Below are positions 36,572 to 46,997 of a DNA stretch of 64,000 nucleotides, piece by piece. Origin of the DNA: Myxococcota bacterium (GTDB taxonomy: Bacteria; Myxococcota_A; UBA796; GCA-2862545); contig JBCCQY010000004.1 of the NCBI GenBank assembly GCA_039208735.1, forward strand, positions 71,884 through 135,883, in the 5' to 3' direction. The stretch's first letter is position 1. Each line of letters opens with the position of its first letter. The notes below the pieces were generated by a model. It was not told the origin of the DNA, searched no databases, and saw only the letters and a program-made list of their open reading frames with translations. Both the position numbers and the translations under genes were made by a program.

Positions 36572-37729
36572 GTGATGCACGAACCATTGACCGACAACGA
36601 AAATCGAAGGTGGACCCTGGGGGCCGAGGGGCGTTCGGCCCAGGCGATCCTCGGTGATGTCTTGGCCGTGGCACAGGCCTTGGCCGCGGCTCCGCGCCCG
36701 CACGGTCGGCTTCGACCGACCCATGTGCTCATGGAACCGCAGGGTGTCGTGTTGACGGACTGGTCAGCCGAGGGGGCCCGGGTGGTGGACGACACCCGGT
36801 GGCTCGTTCGGTGGCTCGCCGAAGCGCTCTGCGAACACCCCGTCGCGGACATCGAAGATCCCGATGGGCAGCGAGCGGTTCGCGACACCATCGCTCACCG
36901 ATTGCGTACCGAGGGGAACCTGGCCCCCCGTTTCGTGGATCGAGTGGCCGATCGGTTGGGCACCCTGACGGGGCGGGCGTTGGCAGCCCAGCAGGAACCG
37001 TCTCCGCCGTTCCGATTCCATACATGGGCTCCGGTCGTTGAACGCCTCACCATGGTCCTGGCCTTGTTCGACCCCCAGGTCGTCGACGTTGGTCCCCTCG
37101 TGTGGTCCCGTGGAGTCCCCACCTTCGGCACCGACGAGGGCGCGGTGTTCACCGTTCGCGTGGAATGCACGCCGGGCATCGATGAAGTTGACGACCTGAT
37201 CTGTGGGCTCAAGGTGGAGACCGAAACGCGGCGGGTTCCGGTTCCCGGAGCTTCGGTGAAGGTCAAGGTGGAAGACGGGCGGCTTCGGTTTCGGCTGCAA
37301 TTGCCTCCTTTGCCGGCCGGCGCCTACCGCGTCACGGCCGCGTTTGCGGTCCAAGGGAGCGGAGCCGTCCCACAGACCTCTCATGCCGACCTGATCGTGG
37401 ATGGGCCGGAGCCGTTGGCCACCCCCCTGGGGCAGGATCGGGCCACGCTGGTTCCCGAGCCCACCGATGAGGCGTTCCTCTCGGCGGTCGGGGAACTGCC
37501 CGATCCGCGGTTGGGCATTGAGCAAGAAGAGCTGAGCGAGACGTCGGAGGCCGCCCCATCCCACGTGTCGCTCGGATCGACGTCCTCCGACGAAGGCACC
37601 TTTCCGAAAGAGGGCCAGGATCCTACGATCGCGCGGTCGACAGCGGACGCATCAGTGGTGTGGGGGTTGGGTCTGTCCGCGGCCCTGGCCGCACTGGCCG
37701 TCTTGTCATACGTCGCACGTTCCTGGTGA
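36572..37729 (+). CDS. Hypothetical protein: partial kinase-like N-terminus, beta-sandwich, C-terminal TM
   Basis: HGRLRPTHVLM...VVLTDW; LPPLPAGAYRVTA; C-terminal hydrophobic helix. Confidence 0.65.
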   Translation: MMHEPLTDNENRRWTLGAEGRSAQAILGDVLAVAQALAAAPRPHGRLRPTHVLMEPQGVVLTDWSAEGARVVDDTRWLVRWLAEALCEHPVADIEDPDGQRAVRDTIAHRLRTEGNLAPRFVDRVADRLGTLTGRALAAQQEPSPPFRFHTWAPVVERLTMVLALFDPQVVDVGPLVWSRGVPTFGTDEGAVFTVRVECTPGIDEVDDLICGLKVETETRRVPVPGASVKVKVEDGRLRFRLQLPPLPAGAYRVTAAFAVQGSGAVPQTSHADLIVDGPEPLATPLGQDRATLVPEPTDEAFLSAVGELPDPRLGIEQEELSETSEAAPSHVSLGSTSSDEGTFPKEGQDPTIARSTADASVVWGLGLSAALAALAVLSYVARSW

Positions 37730-37750
37730 GTCAGAGTTGATGGAGCTGTT

Positions 37751-39202
37751 GTGAACGTCCGATTCCCGTCCGAGCCGTTGTCCTCCCTTGCTGCGGATGC
37801 CCTTGCCATTGGCGTCCCTTCCGATTTCTCCGGCCCGGTGACCGCACTGGACGAAGCGCTCGGCGGCCAGCTCATCTCCTGGTTGAAATCCCAGGAATTC
37901 AAGGGATCGGCCGCGTCGATCCAGGTCGTGCCGACGATGGGCCGGATTGGGCCTGCGAACGTCATTGTGGTGGGCATTGGCGATGGGTCGCCGGAGGCAT
38001 GGCGCCGGGCGGTGGGTCGCGCAGGCCGCGAGGCGCGTTCGATGCGCGTCGAAACGCTGTCCTTCGATTTCTCGAATGCCGCGGGGCGCGACCACGCCGA
38101 CCTCATCGAGGCCCTGCAAGCCGGCAACTACGTCTGGGAGCAGTACAAGCCCGAAGAGCAGCGCAAGCCTTCGGTTTCAACGCTTCAGATCGGTGGGACG
38201 TCCCTGGCCGACGACGCGCTGGCCACCATCCAGACGCGGGTGAAATGGCAGAACTTTGCGCGTGATCTCGTCAACCTTCCCCCGGCCGATCTGTTCCCCG
38301 AGTCATTGGCCGCGAAGGCGCAGCAACTTGCCGCATTGCCTGGGGTTGAACTCGAAGTTTGGGACTTCGAGCGGTGCAAAGCGGAAGGCTGTGTGGGCAT
38401 TGTTGCCGTGGGCCAGGGCTCGGAGCGTCCGGGCTGCCTCATTTGGGCGCGCTATCGTCCCGAGACGGTCAAGCACCATGTGGCGCTGGTGGGCAAGGGC
38501 GTGACCTTCGACGCGGGCGGCTACTCGCTCAAGCCCTCGAGCGCGATGCAGACGATGCGCTGCGACATGGGGGGCTCTGCCGTCATGCTGGCCGCCACGG
38601 GCGCCATTGCGGAACTCGGCCTCCCCATCGCCGTCGATTGTCTGGTCGGTGCAGTCGAGAACCTGGTTTCAGGCAATGCTTTCAAGCTCGGTGACATCCT
38701 TCGCTACACGAACGGGGTCACGGTTGAGATCCACAACACCGACGCGGAAGGCCGCCTGGTGCTGGCGGATTGCTTGATTCGGGCCAGTCAGGTCGATGGC
38801 GTACAGACCATCATCGACGCCGCTACGCTCACGGGCGCCGCTGTCGTGGCCGTGGGGTCCCAGTTCTCGGGTCTGTTCACCCACGACGAAGGCCTGGCCG
38901 GTGAGTTGAAGGCGGCCGCGGATCAGACGGGTGAGGGGCTTTGGCGTCTTCCGTTGCACGGGCCTTACAAAGAACTCCTGCGCAGCGACTACGCGCAGAT
39001 CAAGAATGTGGGTAGCCGGGAAGCGGGTGCCACAACCGCCGCCTTGTTCCTGGAACATTTTGTGGGTGAAGGCAAGCGGTGGGCCCATCTCGACATCGCG
39101 GGGCCCGCGTTCCTCGACAAAGCTTCGTCAAAGTACGCCCCGGGCGGAACGGGTGAGATGGTGCGTTCGCTCGTGAGCTGGGCGGCGACTCAGGCTGGGT
39201 AA
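37751..39202 (+). CDS. pepA: Leucyl aminopeptidase (M17)
   Basis: VGKGVTFDAGG, DMGGSA, NTDAEGRLVLAD, ATLTGA, WAHLDIAG. Confidence 0.95.
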   Translation: MNVRFPSEPLSSLAADALAIGVPSDFSGPVTALDEALGGQLISWLKSQEFKGSAASIQVVPTMGRIGPANVIVVGIGDGSPEAWRRAVGRAGREARSMRVETLSFDFSNAAGRDHADLIEALQAGNYVWEQYKPEEQRKPSVSTLQIGGTSLADDALATIQTRVKWQNFARDLVNLPPADLFPESLAAKAQQLAALPGVELEVWDFERCKAEGCVGIVAVGQGSERPGCLIWARYRPETVKHHVALVGKGVTFDAGGYSLKPSSAMQTMRCDMGGSAVMLAATGAIAELGLPIAVDCLVGAVENLVSGNAFKLGDILRYTNGVTVEIHNTDAEGRLVLADCLIRASQVDGVQTIIDAATLTGAAVVAVGSQFSGLFTHDEGLAGELKAAADQTGEGLWRLPLHGPYKELLRSDYAQIKNVGSREAGATTAALFLEHFVGEGKRWAHLDIAGPAFLDKASSKYAPGGTGEMVRSLVSWAATQAG

Positions 39203-39273
39203 GGCCGACCTCAAGGGTGGTCGCCCGCACCTGGGCCCGCTAGCCTCCCTCCACGTAGGAGGGATGGATAGAC

Positions 39274-39690
39274 ATGCGCTTCGGACTCGTGTTTGTGACC
39301 CTGACCGGTTGCCTTGGCTCCCCAGTGGTTGGCGATTGGGAAATCAGTGACTTCGATCGCTTCGAGATTGACAACACCGCCATCGACACGTCCAACGAGG
39401 ATGGCGACCTCACGTTCGACAGCGACGACGAGGCGGACCTCGAGTTCGATTTCGTGGCCGGCAACTTCGGCAATATCGATTTCGACCTCCAGGGCGATTG
39501 GGAGTCGCGCGGCGGCCGTGAATATCGACTGGATCTAGACGGTGACTTGCAGCAAGCCGGCTACGCCGCGTTTGGGGTAGACGGGCCTTGGGACTGTCAG
39601 CTCGAAAATGACACGCTCGACTGCGAAGGTGAACTCGAAAGCGCCGATGGCCAGCAGTACACGTTCGAGATCGTATTTGAGGCGCGCTAG
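39274..39690 (+). CDS. Acidic beta-rich lipoprotein, paralog 1
   Basis: Lipobox LTGC; VVGDW; similar to the next ORF. Confidence 0.75.
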   Translation: MRFGLVFVTLTGCLGSPVVGDWEISDFDRFEIDNTAIDTSNEDGDLTFDSDDEADLEFDFVAGNFGNIDFDLQGDWESRGGREYRLDLDGDLQQAGYAAFGVDGPWDCQLENDTLDCEGELESADGQQYTFEIVFEAR

Positions 39691-40115
39691 TGTTGTCGGT
39701 GCTGCTGGCCCTGACGGGCTGCTTCCTGCTCCCGGCACGTTCCATCGTCGACGACTGGGTGTTGCTCGAGGTCGATGAATTCGATGTCGAAGGCGAGGCG
39801 CTCGAGACGTCGATCGCCGAGGGCGTGTTGTTCGCGGAGCGGCGCCGAAATGCCGTGACCGGTTCGGTCTCGTTTACGACGAAGGAATTCGGTATGCTGA
39901 GTTTCGACGTCGAGGGAGAATGGGACCGCGAGTCCCGCCGGCTCTTCCGTCTCGACCTCGCGGGAGCGCTGATGCAGGACGATTACCCAGGATTCACCGT
40001 CCAAGGCGACTGGATCTGCAACGTCTCTGGAGACCTGCTCCTCTGCGACGGGGCCCTGGATAGCGCTGACGAAAGCTACGGGTTTGAACTTGAATTCGGC
40101 GCTGGAGCAGGCTGA
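39690..40115 (+). CDS. Acidic beta-rich lipoprotein, paralog 2
   Basis: Lipobox LTGC; IVDDW; shares the W.C-x8-C.G.L.SAD pattern with paralog 1. Confidence 0.75.
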   Translation: MLSVLLALTGCFLLPARSIVDDWVLLEVDEFDVEGEALETSIAEGVLFAERRRNAVTGSVSFTTKEFGMLSFDVEGEWDRESRRLFRLDLAGALMQDDYPGFTVQGDWICNVSGDLLLCDGALDSADESYGFELEFGAGAG

Positions 40116-40669
40116 TGCGGATCTGGGGACTCATTGGATTGGCAGCCTGTGGGAACGTGGTTCCCGAGGGCTTTCCTGAGTTATCCGATCGGCCGGGCGC
40201 CGCGTTTACCTGGGTGGAGGACGGGGAGGTCCGGTCTGCGACGTCGGAGGTCGGTTGCGCCCCCGAAACCGAGACCGAGGGTGGCGAGCTGTTGGTGCGC
40301 GTCGGCTCCGTGCTTTCGGGCGATGGCGAACGCATGGCCGTGTACGTCGAAAGCGTCGACGATTCCCAACACCGCGATGTGGAGCTGCCCACCGACGCCG
40401 ATGCCGTAGCGGGCTACCTCGACCGGTCGCGGGGCGAAATCGGTGGCGATGATTTTGAGCGCTGGGCGTTCGCCACGGACGGCCAAGTGACCATTGAGGA
40501 CCGACGCTCCGCCCAGGCGCCGTTCGTACCGGGTGTCAATCGCCTGGGCACCTTCTGGGGCACGTTCGAAGGCACGGTGTGCAACGAGGCATTCGAGTGC
40601 CTCACGTTGACCGAAGGTCGCTACTCCGCGACGTGGGATGGCACGTGCAACCGGTTCGCTTCACCCTGA
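40115..40669 (+). CDS. Hypothetical lipoprotein
   Basis: Lipobox LAAC; translationally coupled (TGATG); GTFEGTVC...LTEGRY. Confidence 0.7.
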   Translation: MRIWGLIGLAACGNVVPEGFPELSDRPGAAFTWVEDGEVRSATSEVGCAPETETEGGELLVRVGSVLSGDGERMAVYVESVDDSQHRDVELPTDADAVAGYLDRSRGEIGGDDFERWAFATDGQVTIEDRRSAQAPFVPGVNRLGTFWGTFEGTVCNEAFECLTLTEGRYSATWDGTCNRFASP

Positions 40670-41278
40670 CGGTGGGGTCCGTCGTGCTTGGGCCACGACA
40701 AAGAACTCCCGACTCACTTGACGCACCGCTTCGGGCTTGACGCGCTTGAGCTTGCCGAAGTGGCGCCGCATGTCGGTGACGAAGTCAGGAGCTTCCTCGC
40801 CATCGAACACCTTGACCACGAACGCGCCTCCTTCGGGCAGCGTGGCCACCGCAAGGGCGAGGGCGCATCGGGCGAGTTCGATCTGCCTGACGTGGTCGCC
40901 AAAGGCATCGCCCGTAGTGCGGGGAGCCATGTCGGAAAGGACGACGTCGGGAGGTCCTTCCAGCCCTTCGAGGATGTCGGCCGGGGTGACCTCGAGCACG
41001 GAACGGACGAGCAGAGGGCCGCAGTCGACCTCCGGTTCGGCAATGTCGACCCCGAGCACCCGGCCGCGACGCCCGACCTGCTGTGCGGCGAACTTCCACC
41101 ACGAACCCGGAGCGCAACCGAGGTCGACCGCGCGCATCCCGGGTGCGAGCAGCCGAAAGCGTCGCTGAATCTCCTGGAGTTTGAAGACCGAACGCGCGGC
41201 AAACCCCTCCTCCTTGGCGCGGACCGTGAATCGGTCGGCTTTCTGGTACGGGTTGCGGGTGCGTTTGCGGCGGCTCAC
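40661..41278 (-). CDS. rlmE: 23S rRNA Um2552 methyltransferase RlmE/FtsJ
   Basis: ARSVFKLQEI, VDLGCAPGSW, VLSDMAP, FVVKVF, SREFF. Confidence 0.95.
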   Translation of the reverse strand: MSRRKRTRNPYQKADRFTVRAKEEGFAARSVFKLQEIQRRFRLLAPGMRAVDLGCAPGSWWKFAAQQVGRRGRVLGVDIAEPEVDCGPLLVRSVLEVTPADILEGLEGPPDVVLSDMAPRTTGDAFGDHVRQIELARCALALAVATLPEGGAFVVKVFDGEEAPDFVTDMRRHFGKLKRVKPEAVRQVSREFFVVAQARRTPPSG

Positions 41279-41928
41279 GGCGAGGGCTCCATGTCATCGG
41301 AATCATCGGGCAGGGGCAGCGGGACGGGATCGGGGGCCGCCAGGAAGTCACGAACCTTGCCTTCGATGGCATCCCACAGGGCCGTGCGACCCTCGTTGGT
41401 TTGTGTAGAAAAGGGGATGGGCTCGCCGGTCGGCAGGTGCAAGTCACGGCGGATGGTGGCGAGCTGCCGGGCCCGTTGACTGCGTTTCAGCTTGTCGACC
41501 TTGGTAGCGACCACCACGGTGGGAATGCGGGCTTGGGTCAGGTTGAAGCGCAACTCGCCCTCTTCCGCCCGCACGTCGCGCCGGCTGTCTACGAGCAGGA
41601 CGACCAGCGCAAGCGTCTCGCGCTCGCCAAGGTAGGCCTCGATCATCGGCCCCCAGGACCTTCGGACCGCGTCAGGGACCCGCGCGTAGCCGTAGCCTGG
41701 CAGGTCGGCAAAGACGATGGTGCCGCCGAGCTGGAAGAGGTTGATGGCCTGCGTACGCCCCGGGGTCGAGCTCGTGCGGGCGAGGTTCTTCCGCTTCATG
41801 AGGCTGTTGAGCAGGCTCGACTTGCCCACATTGGACCGACCCGCGAACGCCACCTCGGGCAGGCCATGTTCGGGCAGCTCATGTTGAAAGCTGCCCAGAA
41901 AGTCGATTTTTCCGATGGCGTTACGCAC
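41275..41928 (-). CDS. engB: Ribosome biogenesis GTPase EngB/YihA/YsxC
   Basis: EVAFAGRSNVGKSSLLN, TPGRT, DLPGYGY, TKVDK. Start GTG 41928. Confidence 0.95.
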   Translation of the reverse strand: MRNAIGKIDFLGSFQHELPEHGLPEVAFAGRSNVGKSSLLNSLMKRKNLARTSSTPGRTQAINLFQLGGTIVFADLPGYGYARVPDAVRRSWGPMIEAYLGERETLALVVLLVDSRRDVRAEEGELRFNLTQARIPTVVVATKVDKLKRSQRARQLATIRRDLHLPTGEPIPFSTQTNEGRTALWDAIEGKVRDFLAAPDPVPLPLPDDSDDMEPSP

Positions 41929-42469
41929 CGTCGCTCCACACCCGCTCGAATCGGAGTCCCTCTGGCGTTCGCTCCAGCAGGTACGCATCGGGATTGGTCA
42001 TCGCGGCATGCTCGGCAAAGCCGAAGGACCGGTCAATTGACTGCAGGAACAAGGCGAGCAAATGACCATGACTTGCCAAGGCCGGCAGCGTGTGGCCTGC
42101 GTCGAGCACCGAGACGATGGCCGACGTCGCCCGTTCGAGGACGTCCTGGCCTGACTCCCCGCCCGGTTCGTGATGCGCGGGATCGACAAACGACCGCTTG
42201 ATGACCTCCCGCCAGTGGTCGATGGGTTCGGGCGCGATGACGCGTTCGTGGAGTCGGTCATCAAGGTGAAGGGGAAGGCCCGTCGCGTCGCTAAACGGGC
42301 GCAGCGTGGCCACCGCACGGGCGTAGGGGCTGCTCACCACGTGGTCGACACCCCGCGCCTGCAACCAGGGCACCAGGTCTTCGGCTTGGCGCCGACCGAG
42401 GTCCGACAGCGGAGCTTCGGGGGCCTGGCCCGTCGATTGGCAATGTCGAATCAGGAGCGCGCGCGCCAT
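41921..42469 (-). CDS. Histidine phosphatase (phosphoglycerate mutase-like)
   Basis: LIRH, SSPYARA, LHER, GGES, SHG. Confidence 0.9.
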   Translation of the reverse strand: MARALLIRHCQSTGQAPEAPLSDLGRRQAEDLVPWLQARGVDHVVSSPYARAVATLRPFSDATGLPLHLDDRLHERVIAPEPIDHWREVIKRSFVDPAHHEPGGESGQDVLERATSAIVSVLDAGHTLPALASHGHLLALFLQSIDRSFGFAEHAAMTNPDAYLLERTPEGLRFERVWSDGA

Positions 42470-42574
42470 AGCTCACCTCCCGTCTCGCGTAGTGCGTCTG
42501 CGAGGGAGCGGCGAGGAGCCCCGCGATGGCGTAGTCGTGACCCACATCGCGAAAACCTGGCATATCATTGCAGT

Positions 42575-43300
42575 ATGCAGCTTCTCGACCCCGTTCTCGT
42601 CGTCCCCACCCTCTTGTTCCTCTCCGCCCTCGGCTATTTCCTGTTCCGCGGGGAACGACTGCGGCGCTTTACCCGGCGCCATGCCTGGCGGGTAGTGGGG
42701 TTTGGAGAGGTGATTTGGGGACGCCCCAGCCTCGATGGCCCCGTGAATCCGGTATCGGCCGTGATGCTCGTCGCACTGGGCCTCGGATTGTGGATGTTTA
42801 ATTACCTCGTCGTCGGTTTCGGGGTGGTCTACGTGGGGGACTTTAGCGGAGGGAGGCCGTGGTTTGGCCCGGCGTTTGCGGGCGCGCTTGCGTTGTCGGT
42901 GGTTTTCGCGGTGGGGATCAGCGCGTGGGTGGCCGCGTTGCGGTTGCTCCTTCATCCCTTGGTCGAGCGCCTGCGGTTCACCCAACAGCACGTGGTCATG
43001 GACTGGGTGCGAGAAGGGTTTGCGGTGGGAGATGCCCAACTGACCGAGGCCCCGCCGCTGCGGACCCCTCAACGCATCGCATGGGCCGACGTCACGGATG
43101 TTCGCTACGACACCGCGGCAAAGCGCCTCGTGGTTCGGCATGAAGGGCGAGAATCCTCCTACGGTCCCGTCGATGCGGACACCGGCGTGGATATGCTCAT
43201 GGAAGCCCGACGTCGGCTCGCGGTGCCCGAGGCGATGGAACCCACAGGAGCCCGCGAGCGGTTGGCCGAGGTTCAAAGAAAGGCCAAACAGAGTGTCTGA
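42575..43300 (+). CDS. Hypothetical membrane protein
   Basis: Three TM segments followed by a soluble tail (IAWADVTDV). Confidence 0.6.
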   Translation: MQLLDPVLVVPTLLFLSALGYFLFRGERLRRFTRRHAWRVVGFGEVIWGRPSLDGPVNPVSAVMLVALGLGLWMFNYLVVGFGVVYVGDFSGGRPWFGPAFAGALALSVVFAVGISAWVAALRLLLHPLVERLRFTQQHVVMDWVREGFAVGDAQLTEAPPLRTPQRIAWADVTDVRYDTAAKRLVVRHEGRESSYGPVDADTGVDMLMEARRRLAVPEAMEPTGARERLAEVQRKAKQSV

Positions 43301-43326
43301 CTTCGCATTCAGGATACACGCCCCAC

Positions 43327-44526
43327 ATGAGTCGCCCCCCTCACATTCGGCCAGCCCCTGACGCGAGCGGCATCACGGGTACCGGCTGGAACAAACGGCC
43401 GCCGGTGGTCGCCCATGTGCCCTTGGATCGTCCGATTTGGATGATTAGCGACCTCCACATTGGTGATGCGACGCCCTCCGACATCTTCTTCGGCAAAGAT
43501 CACCATCTGATGGCGCTTCTCGACCGCATCGAGGAGGAAGATGGGTTGCTCGTAGTGGCGGGCGATGCGATCGACTTTCATCAGGCGTGGTCGATGACGC
43601 GGGTGCTCCGAGCGCACCAAGAGCTATTCTCGGCGTTGTCGCGGTTGGGGCGTGCGGGGCGGCTCTACTACGTGATCGGAAACCACGACTACGAGATCAA
43701 CCTCTTCGCCGAGATCTTACGGTTTCAGGTCTGCGATGAGTTGGTCCTCGGCAACAACGAGATCTTGGTCGTCCACGGTTGGCAGTTCGATCCCTTCCTC
43801 AAAGATGCGATCGACTACGGCCACGGCTGGACGACGAACCTGCACCACCTCGTGGAGCGCTGGCTCGGCACCTGGATCCGGATTCCGCTCGGCGAGTTCT
43901 ACACGAAGTCGAACCGCCTCCTGTTTTGGATGGCTCACAAGGTTGCGGTGGTCGCGAACCTGTACGTCTCGGGCATGGCGCGACTCGGTTACCCTCGTTC
44001 GGCCGAGCATCTAAACGCATTTCTCAACCACTGGGCGCAATCGAACATGGGCGATCCCATGGCGATCTTCCAACCCGCGCTCCGAGCCCTTCGGGAAGGG
44101 CCATGGAAGACGTTGGTGTGTGGCCACTCCCACCTGCCCGGCATCGTAGAACTCGACGGTGAGCACGCGGGCAAGCGCTACGTCAACACCGGCTCGTGGA
44201 CCTTCGCGTCGAGCTACGTCGTGCGCTACCACGAAGGTCGATGGACGTGTCGGGATTGGCTGACATCGCGCCGTGTCGGACAGGAGCTGTATGAGCCCTT
44301 GCTCGACGGGGTGGTCTACGAAAAGGACTTCTGGCAGTGGTGGCGCGAAAACTACATGGGCTTCTTCCGATTCCGAGAGGGTGAGGAGCGCAAGGGCCAC
44401 CTGAGAGGGTGGGAAAAGTACGTCCGCGACTATCAGCACCTTTCGCAGCTTCAGCCGCTGCCTACGAAGGTGCAGGCGCAGATTGCCGAGGACGAGGACA
44501 AGGCCCCCGCCGCACGGGCGGGATAA
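43327..44526 (+). CDS. Calcineurin-like metallophosphoesterase (LpxH-like)
   Basis: ISDLH, GDAID, GNHD, HG, GHSH, YVNTGSW. Confidence 0.88.
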   Translation: MSRPPHIRPAPDASGITGTGWNKRPPVVAHVPLDRPIWMISDLHIGDATPSDIFFGKDHHLMALLDRIEEEDGLLVVAGDAIDFHQAWSMTRVLRAHQELFSALSRLGRAGRLYYVIGNHDYEINLFAEILRFQVCDELVLGNNEILVVHGWQFDPFLKDAIDYGHGWTTNLHHLVERWLGTWIRIPLGEFYTKSNRLLFWMAHKVAVVANLYVSGMARLGYPRSAEHLNAFLNHWAQSNMGDPMAIFQPALRALREGPWKTLVCGHSHLPGIVELDGEHAGKRYVNTGSWTFASSYVVRYHEGRWTCRDWLTSRRVGQELYEPLLDGVVYEKDFWQWWRENYMGFFRFREGEERKGHLRGWEKYVRDYQHLSQLQPLPTKVQAQIAEDEDKAPAARAG

Positions 44527-44597
44527 ATCAAAAAGCTCGGTCGAAGCTCCCGGCGATGCTGCCGAACGAGTCGACCGCCCGAAGGGGAGGCGTGAAC

Positions 44598-46997
44598 ATG
44601 TCCGCCGATTCCGTGGCGCTGCCGCTCCGTGGCATGGTGGTGCTTCCCGGCATGATCCGCATCATGCCGGTGGGACGTGAAACGTCGGTGCGCGCAATCG
44701 AGCGGCACTGGAACGAGAACCTGCCGCTGGTCCTGATCCCGCAGGTCGATCCCGACGAGGAGGAAGCACGCACCGCAGCCCTCGCTACCGCGGGGGTCTC
44801 GGCGCGGGTGCTCAGGCTGACGCGGCTGCCCGATGGGAGCCTCCGCGTCCTGGTGGAGGGTCTAGAGCGCATCCTGCGCACGACCCGGGTTCGCCTCAAC
44901 GAAGGGGCGACCGTCTGCGGCACTGCGCCCTTCGTGACGCGGACCCTCGATGCTCCGGCGGTACGGGCCTTGGCCCAGGAACTCGTCCAGCTGCATCAGG
45001 AGCACAACCAGAACGTCGGTCTGCAAGCAGACGAGCACTGGACGGTGTCACCGGGTCCCGAGGATCCCGAGCGGCTCGTGGATCACATTTTGGCCACGAC
45101 GCACCCCTCGCTTGCTCAAGCCATCGGGTTGCTCGAGGAAGAGGTGCTGGATCGTCGAGCCGAGCGCGTGCTCGATCACCTCTCCACCCAGGTGGCGCGG
45201 CATCGCATCGCTTCCGAGGTCCACCAGAAGGTGCAGCGGGCGATGGATGAGAGCCAACGCGAGTACCACCTGCGCGAACAGCTGAAGGCAATTCGAGCGG
45301 AACTCGGCGAAAACTCCGGCGCCGAGGCCGATGCTGCGACCTTCGAAAAGCGCATTCGCGAAGCGGGTCTTCCGCCGGATGTCGAAAAGGAAGCTCTGCA
45401 CGAACTCGCGCGGCTTCGTCGGGTCCACACCGACAGCGCCGAGTACACGGTCATTCGCACGTGGCTCGAGACCATCTGCGACGTGCCTTGGCAGGTCACC
45501 ACCACCGACACCACGTCCTTGAAGAAGGCGGAGCGGGTCCTCGACAAGGACCACTACGGGCTGCAGGCGGTCAAGGAACGGCTCATCGAGTACCTCGCGG
45601 TGCGTCAGCTCGCGCCCCATTCGAAGGGCCCGATCTTGTGTTTCGTGGGGCCGCCGGGCGTCGGTAAGACCTCGCTCGGCATGTCGATCGCGAAGGCGCT
45701 CGGCCGCAATTTCGGCCGGCTTGCGCTTGGTGGGGTGAAGGACGAAACCGAGATCCGAGGGCATCGGCGGACCTATGTGGGTGCGATGCCCGGTCGGTTG
45801 TTGCGGGCCCTGATTCGCGCGGGGTCCCGCAATCCGGTGATCGTCCTCGATGAGATCGACAAGGTGGGCAACGACTTTCGGGGCGATCCGGCGTCGGCGT
45901 TGCTCGAGGTGCTCGATCCCGAGCAGAACAACCAGTTCGTCGACCACTACCTCGACGTGCCGGTCGATCTCTCGCAGGTGTTGTTCATCGCGACGGCCAA
46001 CCTGACCGACCCCATTCCGCCCGCACTGCTTGACCGGCTCGAGATCATCGAGATTCCCGGCTACACCGAGGAAGAGAAGGTCAAGATCAGCCGGAAGCAC
46101 CTGCTGCCCAAACTGTCGTCGAACCATGGGCTGACCAACGGCCAAATCTCGATCGACACCTCGGCGATTCAGCGGACCATTCGCGACTACACGCGCGAGG
46201 CCGGTTTGCGCGAACTGGAACGGCAGTTGGCGCGCCTCAACCGAAAGGTGGCCCGACGGGTTGTCGAAGAAGGCGTCAAGAAGGTGCGGATTGCCGAGGG
46301 CAAGCTTCCGAGCTTCCTGGGGCCTCCCAAGTACTTCCAGGAACTGGCTGAGCTGCAGCCGCTTCCTGGCGTGGTGACGGGTCTCGCGTGGACGGCAGCC
46401 GGAGGCGACATCCTGTTCGTCGAAGCGACCCGCATGCCGGGCAAGGCCGGCCTGAAGCTCACCGGTTCACTGGGTGACGTGATGAAGGAGTCGGCCGAGG
46501 CTGCGCTGTCGTGGCTTCGTTCCTGGGGGCAGGACTACAACCTTGGCAAAGACGTGTTCGACGCCGAGCTGCACCTCCACGTGCCGGCAGGCGCAATCCC
46601 GAAGGACGGCCCGTCGGCGGGGGTGACCATGGTGGCCGCCCTGGCGTCCTTGTTGCTCGAGCGCCCCGTGAAGCCGCGACTCGCGATGACGGGGGAGATG
46701 ACGCTACGGGGGAAGGTTCTTCCGGTGGGGGGAATCAAGGAGAAGGCGCTCGCGGCCCGGCGAGCCGGCGTGACCACGATGGTGCTGCCGATTCACAATG
46801 CGAACGATCTCCAAGACATCCCAGAAGAGCTAAGGGCAGACCTGGATTTCGTCTTCGTCGATCGCATTGAGGAAGTGCTGACCGCGGCCCTCGGGGTGGA
46901 TCGCGTCACCCGCGCCCATCGATCGCCAGCCGCCGGAGTCGGCCGTCGCGGACCACCTGCAGCTGCGCGGCCGCGCCGTCGGCGAGGCGATCCCTGA
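44598..46997 (+). CDS. lon: ATP-dependent Lon protease
   Basis: LPLRGMVV N-domain, [41 protein letters not shown]. Confidence 0.97.
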   Translation: MSADSVALPLRGMVVLPGMIRIMPVGRETSVRAIERHWNENLPLVLIPQVDPDEEEARTAALATAGVSARVLRLTRLPDGSLRVLVEGLERILRTTRVRLNEGATVCGTAPFVTRTLDAPAVRALAQELVQLHQEHNQNVGLQADEHWTVSPGPEDPERLVDHILATTHPSLAQAIGLLEEEVLDRRAERVLDHLSTQVARHRIASEVHQKVQRAMDESQREYHLREQLKAIRAELGENSGAEADAATFEKRIREAGLPPDVEKEALHELARLRRVHTDSAEYTVIRTWLETICDVPWQVTTTDTTSLKKAERVLDKDHYGLQAVKERLIEYLAVRQLAPHSKGPILCFVGPPGVGKTSLGMSIAKALGRNFGRLALGGVKDETEIRGHRRTYVGAMPGRLLRALIRAGSRNPVIVLDEIDKVGNDFRGDPASALLEVLDPEQNNQFVDHYLDVPVDLSQVLFIATANLTDPIPPALLDRLEIIEIPGYTEEEKVKISRKHLLPKLSSNHGLTNGQISIDTSAIQRTIRDYTREAGLRELERQLARLNRKVARRVVEEGVKKVRIAEGKLPSFLGPPKYFQELAELQPLPGVVTGLAWTAAGGDILFVEATRMPGKAGLKLTGSLGDVMKESAEAALSWLRSWGQDYNLGKDVFDAELHLHVPAGAIPKDGPSAGVTMVAALASLLLERPVKPRLAMTGEMTLRGKVLPVGGIKEKALAARRAGVTTMVLPIHNANDLQDIPEELRADLDFVFVDRIEEVLTAALGVDRVTRAHRSPAAGVGRRGPPAAARPRRRRGDP

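Noticed and set aside
42558..42572. Sigma54 promoter TGGCATATCATTGCA
   Set aside because: GG-to-GC spacing is 9 nt rather than the required 10, and it lies too close to the ATG at 42575.
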